Below are positions 42,101-53,823 of a stretch of DNA of 64,000 nt, piece after piece. Positions within the stretch are counted from its first letter, which is position 1. Every line of letters begins with the position of its first letter. The position numbers and the translations under genes are program-made. Below the pieces are notes generated by a model that saw nothing but the letters and a program-made list of their open reading frames with translations, did no database searches and had not been told where the DNA came from. Source of the stretch: Malacoraja senta (lineage: Eukaryota); contig CM075987.1 of the NCBI GenBank assembly GCA_038087875.1, forward strand, positions 28,336,001 through 28,400,000, written 5' to 3'.

Positions 42101-45100
42101 CCAAATCATTGAAATATACCACAACTAGCCCGTTCCCTTCCACCACACCCGTCAGGCTGCTCACATTAAAATAAATGTTGTCCTTCACTCCCAGCCGTGT
42201 TCCTGCCTATTCTGTCCATGATCTTTCTTTCATCACCTTCCATTCCGACTTCCAGCCTCTCACCTGCCTGTCCTGCATTGTACCCCCCCTCCCACCCACA
42301 CTAATCTAGTTGAAGTGGCTTCTGCAGAGAGTGCGATGGTGCTAGGGTAGGGAAGGCCACCAGCTGGGCATGCAGCTCCCTCTATTCTTACCTTGGTCAG
42401 GTGACAGTCCTGCAGGTTAGACAATTGTTTGTTGCCGCTGCCAACTGCAAGCACTGTGGAGAGACAATGGGGCCGTGAGAGACTCTACCTACATGACGTT
42501 CCACACAGCATATGCCAAAGCCCCTCTGCTACCAGGCAGATGCTCCCAGAGGTACACTGGAGCTACTGGAGCTAATTGTGGGGACAACACTTGCAACCCC
42601 ACCTTGCGAAAGTTGCAACTTCCACAGCACCTACAGGTTGCCGTCCACCTGCCCTTCCTCACGCCGCTTCCAAAACACTCAGATCTGATGTGTGGTATCT
42701 CAGCACCACTTTTGCAGCCAGCCTCCTTACCCGTTGCCCTGCCAGGTACCAAACTCTCTGTGTCTTTCATCGGCCCCTTAGAGTACAATACCCAAAACCA
42801 AGAGCTGGAAATGCAGGGAACACTCAGCGAGTTTGGTGGCCTCTGTACAGAAAAATGAAGAAATCACATCCAGCACAGGTCATTAGAAGCATTCTCCACA
42901 CACAAACCCTGTCGAGTGTCACTGGGTATTCACTGACTGCTGGTTTTGATACTCGATTAAAGTTAGTTTGTTCTAATCTGAAACACAACTCCATTCAACA
43001 TTTTGCATTTTTATTTATTTCTGATTCCAGCATCTGCAGTTTTTTTTAATTTCTAATTTAATTTGTTATCTGTTGTGATGTTTAAAGCATTTGATAGGAT
43101 GGAAAGTCCTGAACAAGCAGGACAATTTGAAGAATTCACAGATTGGTTGGGGACCAGCTCCATCCAAGACCGCAAGAAATGGCAGAGAATTGTGGACGCA
43201 GCCCAGAGCATCACACAAACCAACCTCCCTTCCATTGACTCCATCTACACCTCGTGCTTCCTCGGCAAGCCAGCAGCATAATCAAGGACAAGTCACACCC
43301 TGGCCACTCCCTCTTCTCCCCTCTCCCATCAGGCAAAAGGTGTAGAAGTGTGAAAACACACACCTCCAGATACTGGGCCAGTTTTTTCAGTTATTATCAG
43401 GCAACTGAACCAAGCTACCACAACTAGAGAACAGTCCTGAGCTCCTCACCACCTAATTGGGGACCCTCAGACTATCTTTGATTGGACTTTAATCGTTTTA
43501 CCTGCACTAAACGTTATTCATGTTATTCCCTTTATCATGTATCTGATGCTGGGATGTATCTTTATCATGTATCTGATGGAAAAATCAAAAGGAGACAAAA
43601 AATGCTGGAGAAACTCAGCGGGTGAGGCAGCATCTACAGAGAGAAGGAATAGGCGACGTTTCGGGTCGAGACCCTTCTTCAGACTGAAGAGTTTAGTTTA
43701 GTTTATTGTCATGTACAGTGAAAAGCTTTTGTTGCATGCTAACCAGTCATCAGAAAGACTATACAAGATTTCAATCAGGCCTTCCAAGTCTACAGATACG
43801 GGATAAAGATAAAGTCCAGCAAAGTCCGATCAAGGATATTCCGAGGGTCACCAATCAGGTCGATAGTAGCTCAGGACTGCTCTCTAGTTTGTAGTAGAAT
43901 GGTTCAGCTGCATGACCTAACCCTAACCCAACTGGAAAGAAACTGTTCCTGAATCTGGAGGTGTGTGTTTTCACACTTCTGTACCTCTTGCTGATGGGGT
44001 TCAGGTACCTTGTGCTTATGAGTGACACTGAAAGGGGCACAGACAGCAATCATCTCACTGTATCTTGGGGCCTGTGATAAAGAAACTGTTGAAAGTATGT
44101 AGAGAGTGGGTCCACATGAGGATCTCCCTGGAGATCCAGCAGTTGCTGAACAATCTCTAATGGCCACTGCTGGCTGGGGCATTGGGGCAGCTTATACTGG
44201 GCTGGAGAGCCTGTTAGTCTGAACAGGATCCACACAGACACTCTGGTGCTGTTGCTGCGATCCACACCAGTCAGACCAGCCGAGACAAACATTTCCAGCG
44301 TTAAATTGCCATTTTGCTCTTTTACAAAATATTAAAACATAATTTCATCATAAACACACACAGGCTGTGATTGAATAATCAGATAAAAAAAACGCTGAGG
44401 AAACAGATTCAATGCCAGACTCACCAAAGACACCAGATGATCTCCAGTCCAGGCGATGACCAGCTCCTATCCTCAAGCCAACAAACTTTGGGCCTCTCAC
44501 TGCAACACACAACGTGGAGTCATACAGTGTGGAAACAGGTAACACATCAACATATGAAACAATACGCAGACTCCCAAACCAGCATTAAACACTCCAATAC
44601 CGCAGACTCCCAAACCAGCATTAAACACTCCAATACCGCAGACTCCCAAACCCAGCATTTAAACACTCCAATACCGCAGACTCCCAACCCAGCATTAAAC
44701 TCTCCAATAACGCAGACGCCCAAATCCAGCATTAAACACTCCAAGGCAGACAAAAATGCTGGAGAAACTCAGCGGGTGAGGCAGCATCTATGGAGCGAAG
44801 GAAATAGGCAACGTTTCGGGCCAGCATCTGCAGTTCCTTCTTAAACATTAAACAATCCAATACCGCAGACTCCCAAACCTGGAATTAAACACAATACAAC
44901 AGACTCCCAAAGCCAGCATTGACCAATACTGCAGAGTGTGTCCATCTACCCAGCACTTAACTCCAACACTACAGCATATCAGTTCTCATGGACAACATTG
45001 GTTCTCCCCCCGCTCCAGAGGCCCTCCCTTGCCCCTTACCCCGTGGGTGGTCGGCCAGGGCAGGCAGCTGTGCGACAGTCAGGTTGGTTTCTGTGCCACT

Positions 45101-46387
45101 TACACCCTGGCTGGTGGTCGTCAGAAAGCGGATCTGATCGTGTGGAAGTGGACATTCCGAACGTTGAGGTCTGGCGATGGAATGAAAGGATGAGACTTGT
45201 CACTAGTTCCCACCTGGATCATGCGTGAGCGCGGTGCGGTGAGCTGGGCGAGGTGCCAGGAGGGCCCATCATAGCGTGATCACCCCCAGCTAATGGAGTT
45301 ACCACTTGCAGCAAACTGTGGGCTCGATCTACAGGTTCCCCCTGCATCAACATTCCTCAGCGCCGTTTACTTGACCATTGGCAGGTTGACCAAGGGAAGC
45401 ACGGCAAACAATGGAGTAACCACATACAATGTAAATATTTTATGTCTAGTGGCATAATGATCCCACAAGGGTCGGTGTGAGAGGAGGCTCCGTGTCACAG
45501 ATCAGTATCCAGCGATCAGCATCGGATGCTTGGCCCCAGTAGGGACAGGATAGGGGGGGGGGCTGCGGTGGGGGGGGTGGGGTTGTGGGCTAGTGAAGGG
45601 GAGCGGAAGGGGGTGGGGTTGGTTTGGAGGGGGGCTGATGGTGAGTTGGGTGATGGTTGGGGTTATAGTGAGGGGGGTTATAGTGGGGGGGAGATATGGG
45701 GGGGGGGGGGGGTTATAGTGAGGTGGGTTATAATGAGGGTGGGTTATAGTGAGGGGGGGGTTATAGTGAGGGGGGTTATAGTGGGGGGGCAGAGAAGGGG
45801 GGTTATAGTGAGGGGGGGGTTATAGTGAGGGGGTTATAGTGGGGGGGTTATAGTGAGGGGGGGGTTATAGTGAGGGGGTTATAGTGGGGGGTTATAGTGG
45901 GGGGGTTATAGGGAGGGGGGCAGAGGGGGTTATCGGGGGGGTTATAGTGGTGGGGGGTTATAGTGGGGGGGTTATAGGGGAGGGGGGCAGAGGGGGTTAT
46001 AGGGGGGGGGTTATAGAGGGGGGGGTTATAGTGGTGGGGGGGGGGTTATAGTGGGGGGGTTATAGGGAGGGGCAGAGGGGGTTATAGGGGGGGGGTTATA
46101 GAGGGGGGGTTATAGTGGTGGGGGGGTTATAGTGGGGGGGGGGTATAGTGAGGGGGCAGAGGAGGGGGTTGTGGTGGGGGGGGGGTCACCGTCAGGACAA
46201 GGGTCCCCGAGGCACGGGAGCGGGGGGTCAGGGGGCGTCGGTCCGGAGCTGACCGTGACGGGGCCGGGGCCGGGGCTGAAGGCCCACCGTGGAGCAGGCT
46301 GGTCTCCACCGTGTGGCGGACGCTCCGCCAGTGGACGGCGGGCGGTTTGTAAACGGCGAAGATGCCGCGGAGCGAGCGCGCCGCCAT
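39191..46387 (-). CDS. TRUB2: TruB pseudouridine synthase family member 2 (mitochondrial), 8 exons: 46288-46387, 45040-45170, 44425-44499, 42392-42453, 41467-41548, 40609-40681, 40219-40355, 39191-39486; apparent 1-nt deletion in exon 2
   Basis: GIFAVYKPP..W..VR.TVE, LADHPRVRGPKF, GAGHRLD..SSGV (catalytic Asp motif), HLTKEYTV.G.FG.ATEDF...GRLIEKTTYDHIT, IQGSHQKAL and EVQCVHETQ.YLRKIIHEIGLELKSSAVCT.VRRTRDG.F; GT-AG junctions. Confidence 0.95.
39785..40147. repeat. 33-bp minisatellite (CAGGTGATCAGACATGAGTGTGTCAGTGCACTA)n in TRUB2 intron 7
   Basis: Visible tandem array; explains the VIRHECVSALQ repeat ORF. Confidence 0.9.
43655..43687 (-). ncRNA. Minimal type I hammerhead ribozyme-like core within a Penelope-like repeat
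   Basis: Minus strand TCAGT-CTGAAGA-A-GGGTC-TC-GACCC-GAAAC-GTC-GCC matches CUGANGA / stem II / GAAA / GUC; stem I pairing is weak. Confidence 0.5.
44560..44920. repeat. ~36-bp minisatellite (CGCAGACTCCCAAACCAGCATTAAACACTCCAATAC)n interrupted by a Penelope-like repeat (~44745-44846)
   Basis: Visible tandem units in TRUB2 intron 2. Confidence 0.85.
45660..46160. repeat. G-rich minisatellite (GnTTATAGT)n in TRUB2 intron 1
   Basis: Runs of G separated by TTATA(GT). Confidence 0.9.
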
Positions 46388-46530
46388 CTTGCCGCCGGCG
46401 CCGTCACTTCCGGCCCTGGAGGTCCCGCCCAAACCCCCCTCCCCGTTGGCCGGCGGCTGCTGATTGGACGCCAGCCCGTCACTCAGCGGGGAGACCGGAC
46501 ATCCGGCCCTAGCGACCTCCACAGCAGCGG
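46381..46530 (-). promoter_or_regulatory. TRUB2 CpG-island promoter (YY1-like, ETS-like and CCAAT motifs)
   Basis: Minus strand AAGATGGCGG overlapping the ATG (46381-46390), CCGGAAGTG (46405-46413) and CCAATCAG (46460-46467). Confidence 0.6.
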
Positions 46531-46733
46531 CGAGGGAGGAGGAGCCTCGGCGGGAGGGGGAGGAGGGGCCTCGGCGGGAGGGGGAGGAGGGGCCTCGGCG
46601 GGAGGGGGAGGAGGGGCCTCCGGCGGGGAGGGGGAGGAGGGGCCTCGGCGGGGAGGGGGAGGAGGAGCCTCGGCGGGAGGGGGAGGAGGGGCCTCGGCGG
46701 GGGGGGAGGAGGGGCCTCGGCGGGAGGGGGAGG
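46528..46733. repeat. 24-bp GC-rich minisatellite (GGGGCCTCGGCGGGAGGGGGAGGA)n running into the gap
   Basis: Visible tandem array. Confidence 0.9.
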
Positions 46734-46933
46734 NNNNNNNNNNNNNNNNNNNNNNNNNNNNNNNNNNNNNNNNNNNNNNNNNNNNNNNNNNNNNNNNNNN
46801 NNNNNNNNNNNNNNNNNNNNNNNNNNNNNNNNNNNNNNNNNNNNNNNNNNNNNNNNNNNNNNNNNNNNNNNNNNNNNNNNNNNNNNNNNNNNNNNNNNNN
46901 NNNNNNNNNNNNNNNNNNNNNNNNNNNNNNNNN
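46734..46933. other. Assembly gap (200 N)
   Basis: Run of N. Confidence 0.99.
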
Positions 46934-47540
46934 TCTCCCAGAGTCAGGCCCTATGAGGCCACCACAGTTGCCTCTACGGAGGCCCGATGTTCCTGGCCGT
47001 CAGGAGAGTTCTCGCAGCGGCTGGAGCAGCCGGTTTCCCAGCGGAGTCGATGGCACCTGAAGCCGACAGGGCTGGGCCGATTTGGAGCCACGAGGCTCCC
47101 GATGTTGGAGTCGGCCCCGCCGCCCGCGGCTGGTCGCTCAGCAGTCCCGCAGCCCGGAGGTGTTGATCTCGGCGGTCACCGCATACCGGAGCTCCAGCGC
47201 GTCGATCCAGCGCGGCGACCCAGGCAAGGCATCGCCGCTACGCTCTGCGATGGCGCTCCAGCGTTGTGCCGCACCAAAGCTGAAGGTGCTGGGCAGTCCC
47301 CGCCAGGAAAACGCCGCTCCATGCCCGCTGGTAGGCCAAGAGGACGGTCGACGGGCAGCTGGAGAAAAAGCTGCCTCACCGACCAGGTAGGGACCTAGAA
47401 ATAGTTTCCCCCTTACCCCCCACATTAAAAGTCAAAATTCCCCAAACAAACAAAGAATAAAAAGCTAAAAACTAAAAAAAAAAGTGAATTTATCGGATGG
47501 CTGCTGGTTAGCAGCCGTTCCTCCAAGATGGCTCCTCCTC
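46934..47540 (-). mobile_element. CpG-rich non-autonomous element (copy C), truncated by the gap
   Basis: On minus: hairpin head GGCTGC-TAACCA-GCAGCC, T tract, GGGGGGTAAGGGGGAAAC (as in copy B), hairpin GGCAGC-TTTTTCTCCA-GCTGCC (47354-47375), then GGCCTA and GGAGCGGC. Confidence 0.6.
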
Positions 47541-48163
47541 TGGCTTAAATGGCTTACCCCTTATTCTTAACTGTGGCCCTGGTTCTGGACTCCCCCAACA
47601 TCGGGAACATGTTTCCTGCCTCTAGCGTGTCCAAACCCTTAACAATCTTATATGTTTCACTAAGATTCCCTCTCATCTAAATTCCAGAGTGTACAAGCCC
47701 AGCTGCTCCATTGTATCAACATCGTGGAGTGAGAGAGAGGTTGTGTGTGGTGGTGCTGGCAAAGTAAGATCACTAAACATGGCTGGGGTTACACTGAGGT
47801 TTCAGGTAGATTGCCATTCACCTCCCAGACAGGCAAACCCTTCTCATCGCGTTTTCCCAGTGGCTTCACCTCAGCTTTATCCACCCACCCCGTCAGTCGT
47901 AACCAACTAGCCTCAGCTCTTCCCCGTCTTCTGGCACTAAGCCCTGACACTTAATCCACCATCATCCAGACCTTGGAGCTGGAAAAGACCCTGACACCTT
48001 TAAACACCTCCATTATATCGCTCTGCAATTGGTGTAGTTCAAATAACAGAACACACACACTATTCAAGTCCTTGTCGAGTATGTAGCAAATTAAAGATTG
48101 CGTTCTAGACCCTTCCTAAACCCAGCAAAAGGAAAAGACGGGTTAAAATGAGCAAGAACTCAC

Positions 48164-48215
48164 CCCAGAGATGACATGGGAGTAGCAGCAGTGGCAGAAG
48201 ATTGCAGAGAGACAT
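48164..48215 (-). CDS. Orphan signal-peptide exon MSLCNLLPLLLLPCHLW|G, probably the first coding exon of MAMDC4 (apical endosomal glycoprotein)
   Basis: ATG, hydrophobic leader and a phase-1 donor TGGG|GTGAGT; same strand as and downstream of PHPT1, as MAMDC4 is in human. No downstream exons found before the gap. Confidence 0.55.
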
Positions 48216-49309
48216 GGGGAAGCTCTTGCTGCGTAATGACTGTGTCTCAAAGCAAGCAGGAACGGAATGCACTTTGATAAAGGGTGAACTTTAATCATTT
48301 TTAACACCCCCTATTTCACTGTCAGCTTGGTTTTTATCAACACCTGCAGTAACTTTAACCTCACTGCATTGCTTTGATTAATCCATAAGTTTTTTTTAAA
48401 GAATCTTTGTACATTTTTCAACATCTTGTGTCAAGGCCAAGATTTATCACCCATCCCAATCACCGCTGAGGCGACGGTGAGCTGCTGCTTGAAGCGCTGC
48501 CGTTCCACTGATGAAAGCATTCCACAGGAGGGGGTTCTGGAACTTCAACCCAGCAACAATGAACTCTGCGTAGGAAGGAACTGCAGATGCTGGTTTACAC
48601 TGAAGCTAAGACACTTAAATGTTGGTGTAACTCAGCGGGACAGGCAGCATCTCTGGACAGAAGGTGGGTACCCTTTCCCACTTTGACTTCTCAAAATGCA
48701 ACACCTCACCTTTAACTCCATCAAACAATCCTCTGCCCACTTGCCCAGCTGATCAAGAAACTGCTGTAATTTCTATGATACCACCCAATTTAGTGCAAAA
48801 ATGTGGAGAGACACTTGATGGTCAGCATGTTTCTGTGCTGTGTCACTCGGTATCAGAGACACAATTGCCAGCCCTGGTGATGCCCAGCCTGGAGCTGGGC
48901 CATGCATCAGCTCGTCAGCAGGGGTGCTGATGCCAATCTTAGGGCTGCTTTGGTGCTTCTCATCCAGGCAACTGCACCCATCCCCGTCTGTGACTCCACT
49001 TTAATCTGGACCTTAGCCGACTTTTCCCACAGTGGCCCAAGGTTGTGGGGTTGCTGAGCACCCCTATCTATGGGGCCGGGATGATTCACCTCCAATAACA
49101 CAACCATCTTCCTTTGTATGAGGCACAACTTCAACCACTGCAACCACTGCCCTTGGTGCCCACTGACTGCAGTCTTTCATATTTCCACATTTCCAATGGC
49201 ACGGTGGGAATTCAGCTCATGTGTCTGAGCCGGCTCTGGAAGAACATTGGGGTATGGACTTTAGGGGCTTTGCAGGTAAGGGTGCAAGGTCTGTGTGCAC
49301 ATGGCGCGT

Positions 49310-49655
49310 GTGGGCGCACATGTGTGGGTGGCGTGTGTGTGTATGCATGAACGTGTGCGCATGGTATGAGTGTGCACGTACACGTCTGGGTGGCATGTAT
49401 GCGTGTATGTGTGTGGGTGGCATGTGTCCGTGTATGTGTGTGGGTGGCATGTATGTGTGTGGGTGGTATGTGTGCGTGTATGTGTGTGGGTGGCATGTGT
49501 GTGGGTGGCATGTATGCGTGTATGTGTGTGGGTGGCATGTATGTGTGTATGTGTGTGGGTGGCATGTATCCATGTATGTGTGTGGGTGTCATGTATGTGT
49601 GTATGTGTGTGGGTGGCATGTGTGCGTATATGTGTGTGGGTGGCATGTGTGCGTG
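49310..49655. repeat. (GTGTGTGGGTGGCATGTATGC)n low-complexity minisatellite
   Basis: Visible tandem array. Confidence 0.85.
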
Positions 49656-50175
49656 TGAACCAAGTTCCTCTGGCGCCTCTCAGAGAGCTGCCTATCTTTG
49701 AGCAGAACAAGATGTAGTATTGGTCTCTGACATGAGGATTTACAATATGCCGTTTTATCTCTCCTTGATACCTTGTAAACCTTGTGTTGGGGATGGCTGG
49801 CCAAAGTTTAGTTGTAAAACAGGAGATAACCTGGGAGATGCATGATCAGCAACGCTAGGCACAGAACCAAGACACACAGTAGTGACAAACAGTCCTGTTA
49901 TGTGCCCATGGCCCTGATCCCGCAGGCCTGTAGCTGAGGCACCTGTACTGGACGATCTGACACCTGTGGCCATTACAGGTAGGGGGCCTGATGTCCATGG
50001 CCCTGGTACCAGAGGTATTTGTGGCCACCACTGACTGGGGGCAGAGTGCCCACGGCCCTGGTATTGCAGGCCTGTAGCTGGGACACTTGTGGTCACTACT
50101 GTCGGGGGGTGGGGGGGGGGAGCATGATGCTAAAGCCCTGGTACTATACCCTGGTACTATACCCTGGTACTATAC

Positions 50176-52090
50176 CATATAACCATATAACCATTACAGC
50201 ACGGAAACAGGCCATCTCGGCCCTTCAAGTCCGTGCCGAACACTTTTTTTAAATTATAATACTTCCCCCTAGTCCCATCTACCTGCACTCAGACCATAAC
50301 CCTCCATTCCTTTCCCGTCCATATACCCATCCAATCTATTTTTAAAGGATAAAATCGAACCTGCCTCCACCACTTCCACTGGAAGCTCATTCCACACAGC
50401 TACCACTCTCTGAGTAAAGAAGTTCCCCCTAATGTTACCCCTAAACTTCTGTCCCTTAATTCTCAAGTCATGTCCCCTTGTTTGAACTTCCCTACTCTCA
50501 ATGGGAAAAGCTTATCCACGTCAACTCTGTCTAACCCGCTCATAATTTTAAAGACCTCTATCAAGTCCCCTCTTAACCTTCTGCGCTCCAAAGAATAAAG
50601 ACCTAACTTGTTCAACCTTTCTCTGTAACTTAGTGGCTGAAACCCAGGCAACATTCTAGTAAATATCCTCTGTACTCTCTCTATTTTGTTGACATCCTTC
50701 CTATAATTAGGCGACCAAAATTGTACTCCATACTCCAGAATTGGCCTCACCAATGCTTTGTACAATTTTAACATTACATCCCAACTATGATTTATAAAGG
50801 CCAGCACACCAAAAGTGTTCTTTACCACCCTATCTACATGAGATTCCACCTTCAGGGAACTATGCACAGTTATTCCTAGATCCCTCTGTTCAACTGCATT
50901 CCTCAATTCTCTACCATTTACCATGTTCGTCCTATTTTGATTTGTCCTGCCGAGATGTAGTACCTCACATTTATCAGCATTAAACTCCATCTGCCATCTT
51001 TCAGCCCACTCTTCCAAATGGCCTAAATCTCTCTGTAGACTTTGAAAATCTACTTCATTATCCACAACACCACCTATCTTAGTATCATCTGCATACTTAC
51101 TAATCCAATTTTCCACACCATCATCCAGATCATTGATGTACATGACAAACAACAGTGGACCCAACACAGACCCCTGAGGTACCCCACTAGTCACCGGCCT
51201 CCAACCTGACAAACAGCCATCCACCATTACTCTCTGGCATCTCCCATTCAGCCACTGTTGAATCCATCTTGCTACTCCACCATTAATACCCAACAATTGA
51301 ATCTTCTTAACCAACCTTCCATGAGGAACCTTGTCAAAGGCCTTACTGAAGTCCATATAGACAACATCCACTGCTCTTCCCTCATCAATTTCCCTAGTAA
51401 CCTCTTCGAAAAATTCAAGAAGATTAGTCAAACATGACCTTCCAGGCACAAATCCATGTTGACTGTTCCTAATCAGACGCTGCTTATCCAGATGCTTATA
51501 TATATTATCTCTAAGTATCCTTTCCATTAATTTGCCACCACTGACGTCAAACTAATAGGTCTATAATTGCTAGGTTTACTCTTAGAAACCTTTTTAAACA
51601 ACGGAACAACATGCGCAGTACGCCAATCCTCCGGCACTATTCCCGTTTCTAATGACATTTGAAATATTTCTGTCATAGCCCCTGCTATTTCTACACTAAC
51701 TTCCCTCAATGTCCTAGGGAATATCCTGTCAGGACCTGGAGACTTATCCGTTTACATATTTTTCAAAAGTGTCCGCACCTCCTCTTCTTTGAATCTCACA
51801 GTTTCCATTGCTACTCTGCTTGTTTCCCTTACCTCACATAATTCCACATCCTTCTCCTTGGTGAATACCGAAGAAAAGAAATTGTTCAATATCTCCCCCA
51901 TATCTTTTGGCTCTGCAGATAGCTGTCCACTCTGACTCTCTAATGGACCAATTTTATTCCTTGTTATCCTTTTGCTATTAATATAGCTGTAGAAACCCTT
52001 TGGATTTACTTTCACCTTACTTGCCAAAGCAACCTCATATCTTTTAGCTTTTCTAATTTCTTTCTTAATATTCTTTTTACATTCTTTATA
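50176..52090 (-). mobile_element. CR1 LINE (third subfamily), 5'-truncated, inserted in a (CCCTGGTACTATA)n repeat
   Basis: ORFs 50463-51527, 51527-51709 and 51752-52201 with [30 protein letters not shown] and [10 protein letters not shown]; (ACCATATA)n tail; the same 13-bp repeat on both flanks. Confidence 0.93.
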
Positions 52091-52914
52091 CCCTGGTACT
52101 ATACTCTGGTACTGTACCCTGGTACCTGAAGGCCTGGTACTATGCCCTGGTACTATACCCTGGTACTGTACCCTGGTACTGAAGTCCTGTAGCTGAGGCA
52201 CTTGTGGCCACTACTGTCTACTGTCAGGGTGGGGAGCATGGTGCCAAGGCCCTGGTACTATACCCTGGTAGCTGAAGGCCTGGTACTATGCCCTGGTACA
52301 CTAGACTCTAGCATGAAGGACAGCAACATTTTCATTGCACGTTTTGTCAGCTCAGGATGCTTGTGGGGACCGTGGACAATGAGGTTCAGTGCATTAGGGT
52401 CAGAGTTTGAAGCAAGGTGCCAGTGCAGAGATGCACCCCTGCAGTACACTCTTGCAACCTTCAGCCAAGGAGGAATCCACGGAGGTGTCGTAGGAATACC
52501 GTTGGTGCATTGGGAAGCGGTGCCGCCTACAATGAGGACCACACTGATGCTTGGCATGGCCTGTGTGGCTGATTGCCTGTGGCTAGGGTCAAAAGGACCA
52601 GACACATCCAGCAACAGGTGAACTAATGCTGAATAAATAGTTGACTCTTTTCAAAAACATTTTCCATGACAATTTTTGTTCCTTTGTAAATGCCAATACC
52701 AATCCAACTCATAGAAACAGAAAATAGATGAAGGAGTCGGCCATTCGAGCCAGCACCGCCATTCAATGTGAGCCAGCAGCGAAATAACCAGTAATAGCCA
52801 CGCACCCCCAGTCACTCCCACTTCCATCGGGCAAGAGGTATGAAGATTGAAAAGAGATATGTCCATATTCAGGGCCAGTTTCTTCCCAACTGTTATCACG
52901 TAACTGAACCATCA

Positions 52915-53823
52915 GGTCGGTGGGGGCGCTGCGAGCTGGCAGCCCTGCCAGCAGCGTGTTAGTTTTTTCTACTTGTTTTTGTTTTTTTAGTGCCTCAAGG
53001 TGTGTTTTTAATGTTTCTCTGTGTGTCTTGTGTGGGGGTGGTGTGGGGGGGGGGGTAAGGGGGAAACCGCTTCTGTCGCTTTCTCCACGGAGAGGCGACT
53101 TTTTCCATGTTGCCTCCCTCGTGGCCTAACATCGAGGATCGGTGCGGCCTTTCCCGGAGACGTGCCCGGGGCTTCATCAGTGGGCACAGCGAGCCCTCGC
53201 CGGGGGTCTCCGAAGGGGAGCGCTCCGTTCGCTGGCCCGCGTCGGCCTGAAGCCGCGGTCTGCGGAGCTCCAGCTGGCGCAGCGTCCAGAGCCTGGGATC
53301 CCTCGTTGGGGACCCGGGAGGAGAAGAGCTCCTACCACCGGCCCGTGGCCTACTTCTACCGCGGGCGCGGCGGGGACTTACCATCCGGAGCGGGGTCCCT
53401 CGCCAGGGATCCCTGGAGAGGAGCTCTGATCGCCAGCCCTGCGGCCCTGCGGTCTGCGGTGCTTCTGGCTGTGGCGCGGCGGGGACTGTAGATCTTCGAC
53501 GGCCAGCCTGCGGCCTACACCATCTTGAAGCCGCGGTCTCCGGTGGGGAGGCACCGATTCAGGACTTACCTGGACTTACCTTGTCTGAACATCTGGACGC
53601 CCGCAGCGGTGACTGCGGAGGGTTGAGGTCCCGACCATGGGGGAAAATGGAGGAGAAGTGACCAAATTGTGTGCCTTCCACCACAGTGATGAATGCTGTG
53701 GTGGATGTTTGTGTTAAATTTGTATTGTGTATTGTGTGTTCTTTTTTTATTGTACCGCTGCTGGCAAATTCATTTCACTGCACTTTATGTGCAAGTGACG
53801 AATAAAACTTGACTTGACTCGAC
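52915..53823 (+). mobile_element. CpG-rich non-autonomous element (copy B) with an AATAAA+(ACTTG)n tail, nested in an older Rex-type LINE tail
   Basis: Hairpins at 53092-53116 and 53677-53705; host sequence ...AACTGAACCATC | CTCTCACCAGCTAGAGAGCAGTCCTGA resembles the uninterrupted copy at about 43400-43440. Confidence 0.7.

Noticed and set aside
46289..47398. 369-aa ORF (and similar ORFs at 18025-18389)
   Set aside because: They run through N gaps and repeats, so they are artefacts.
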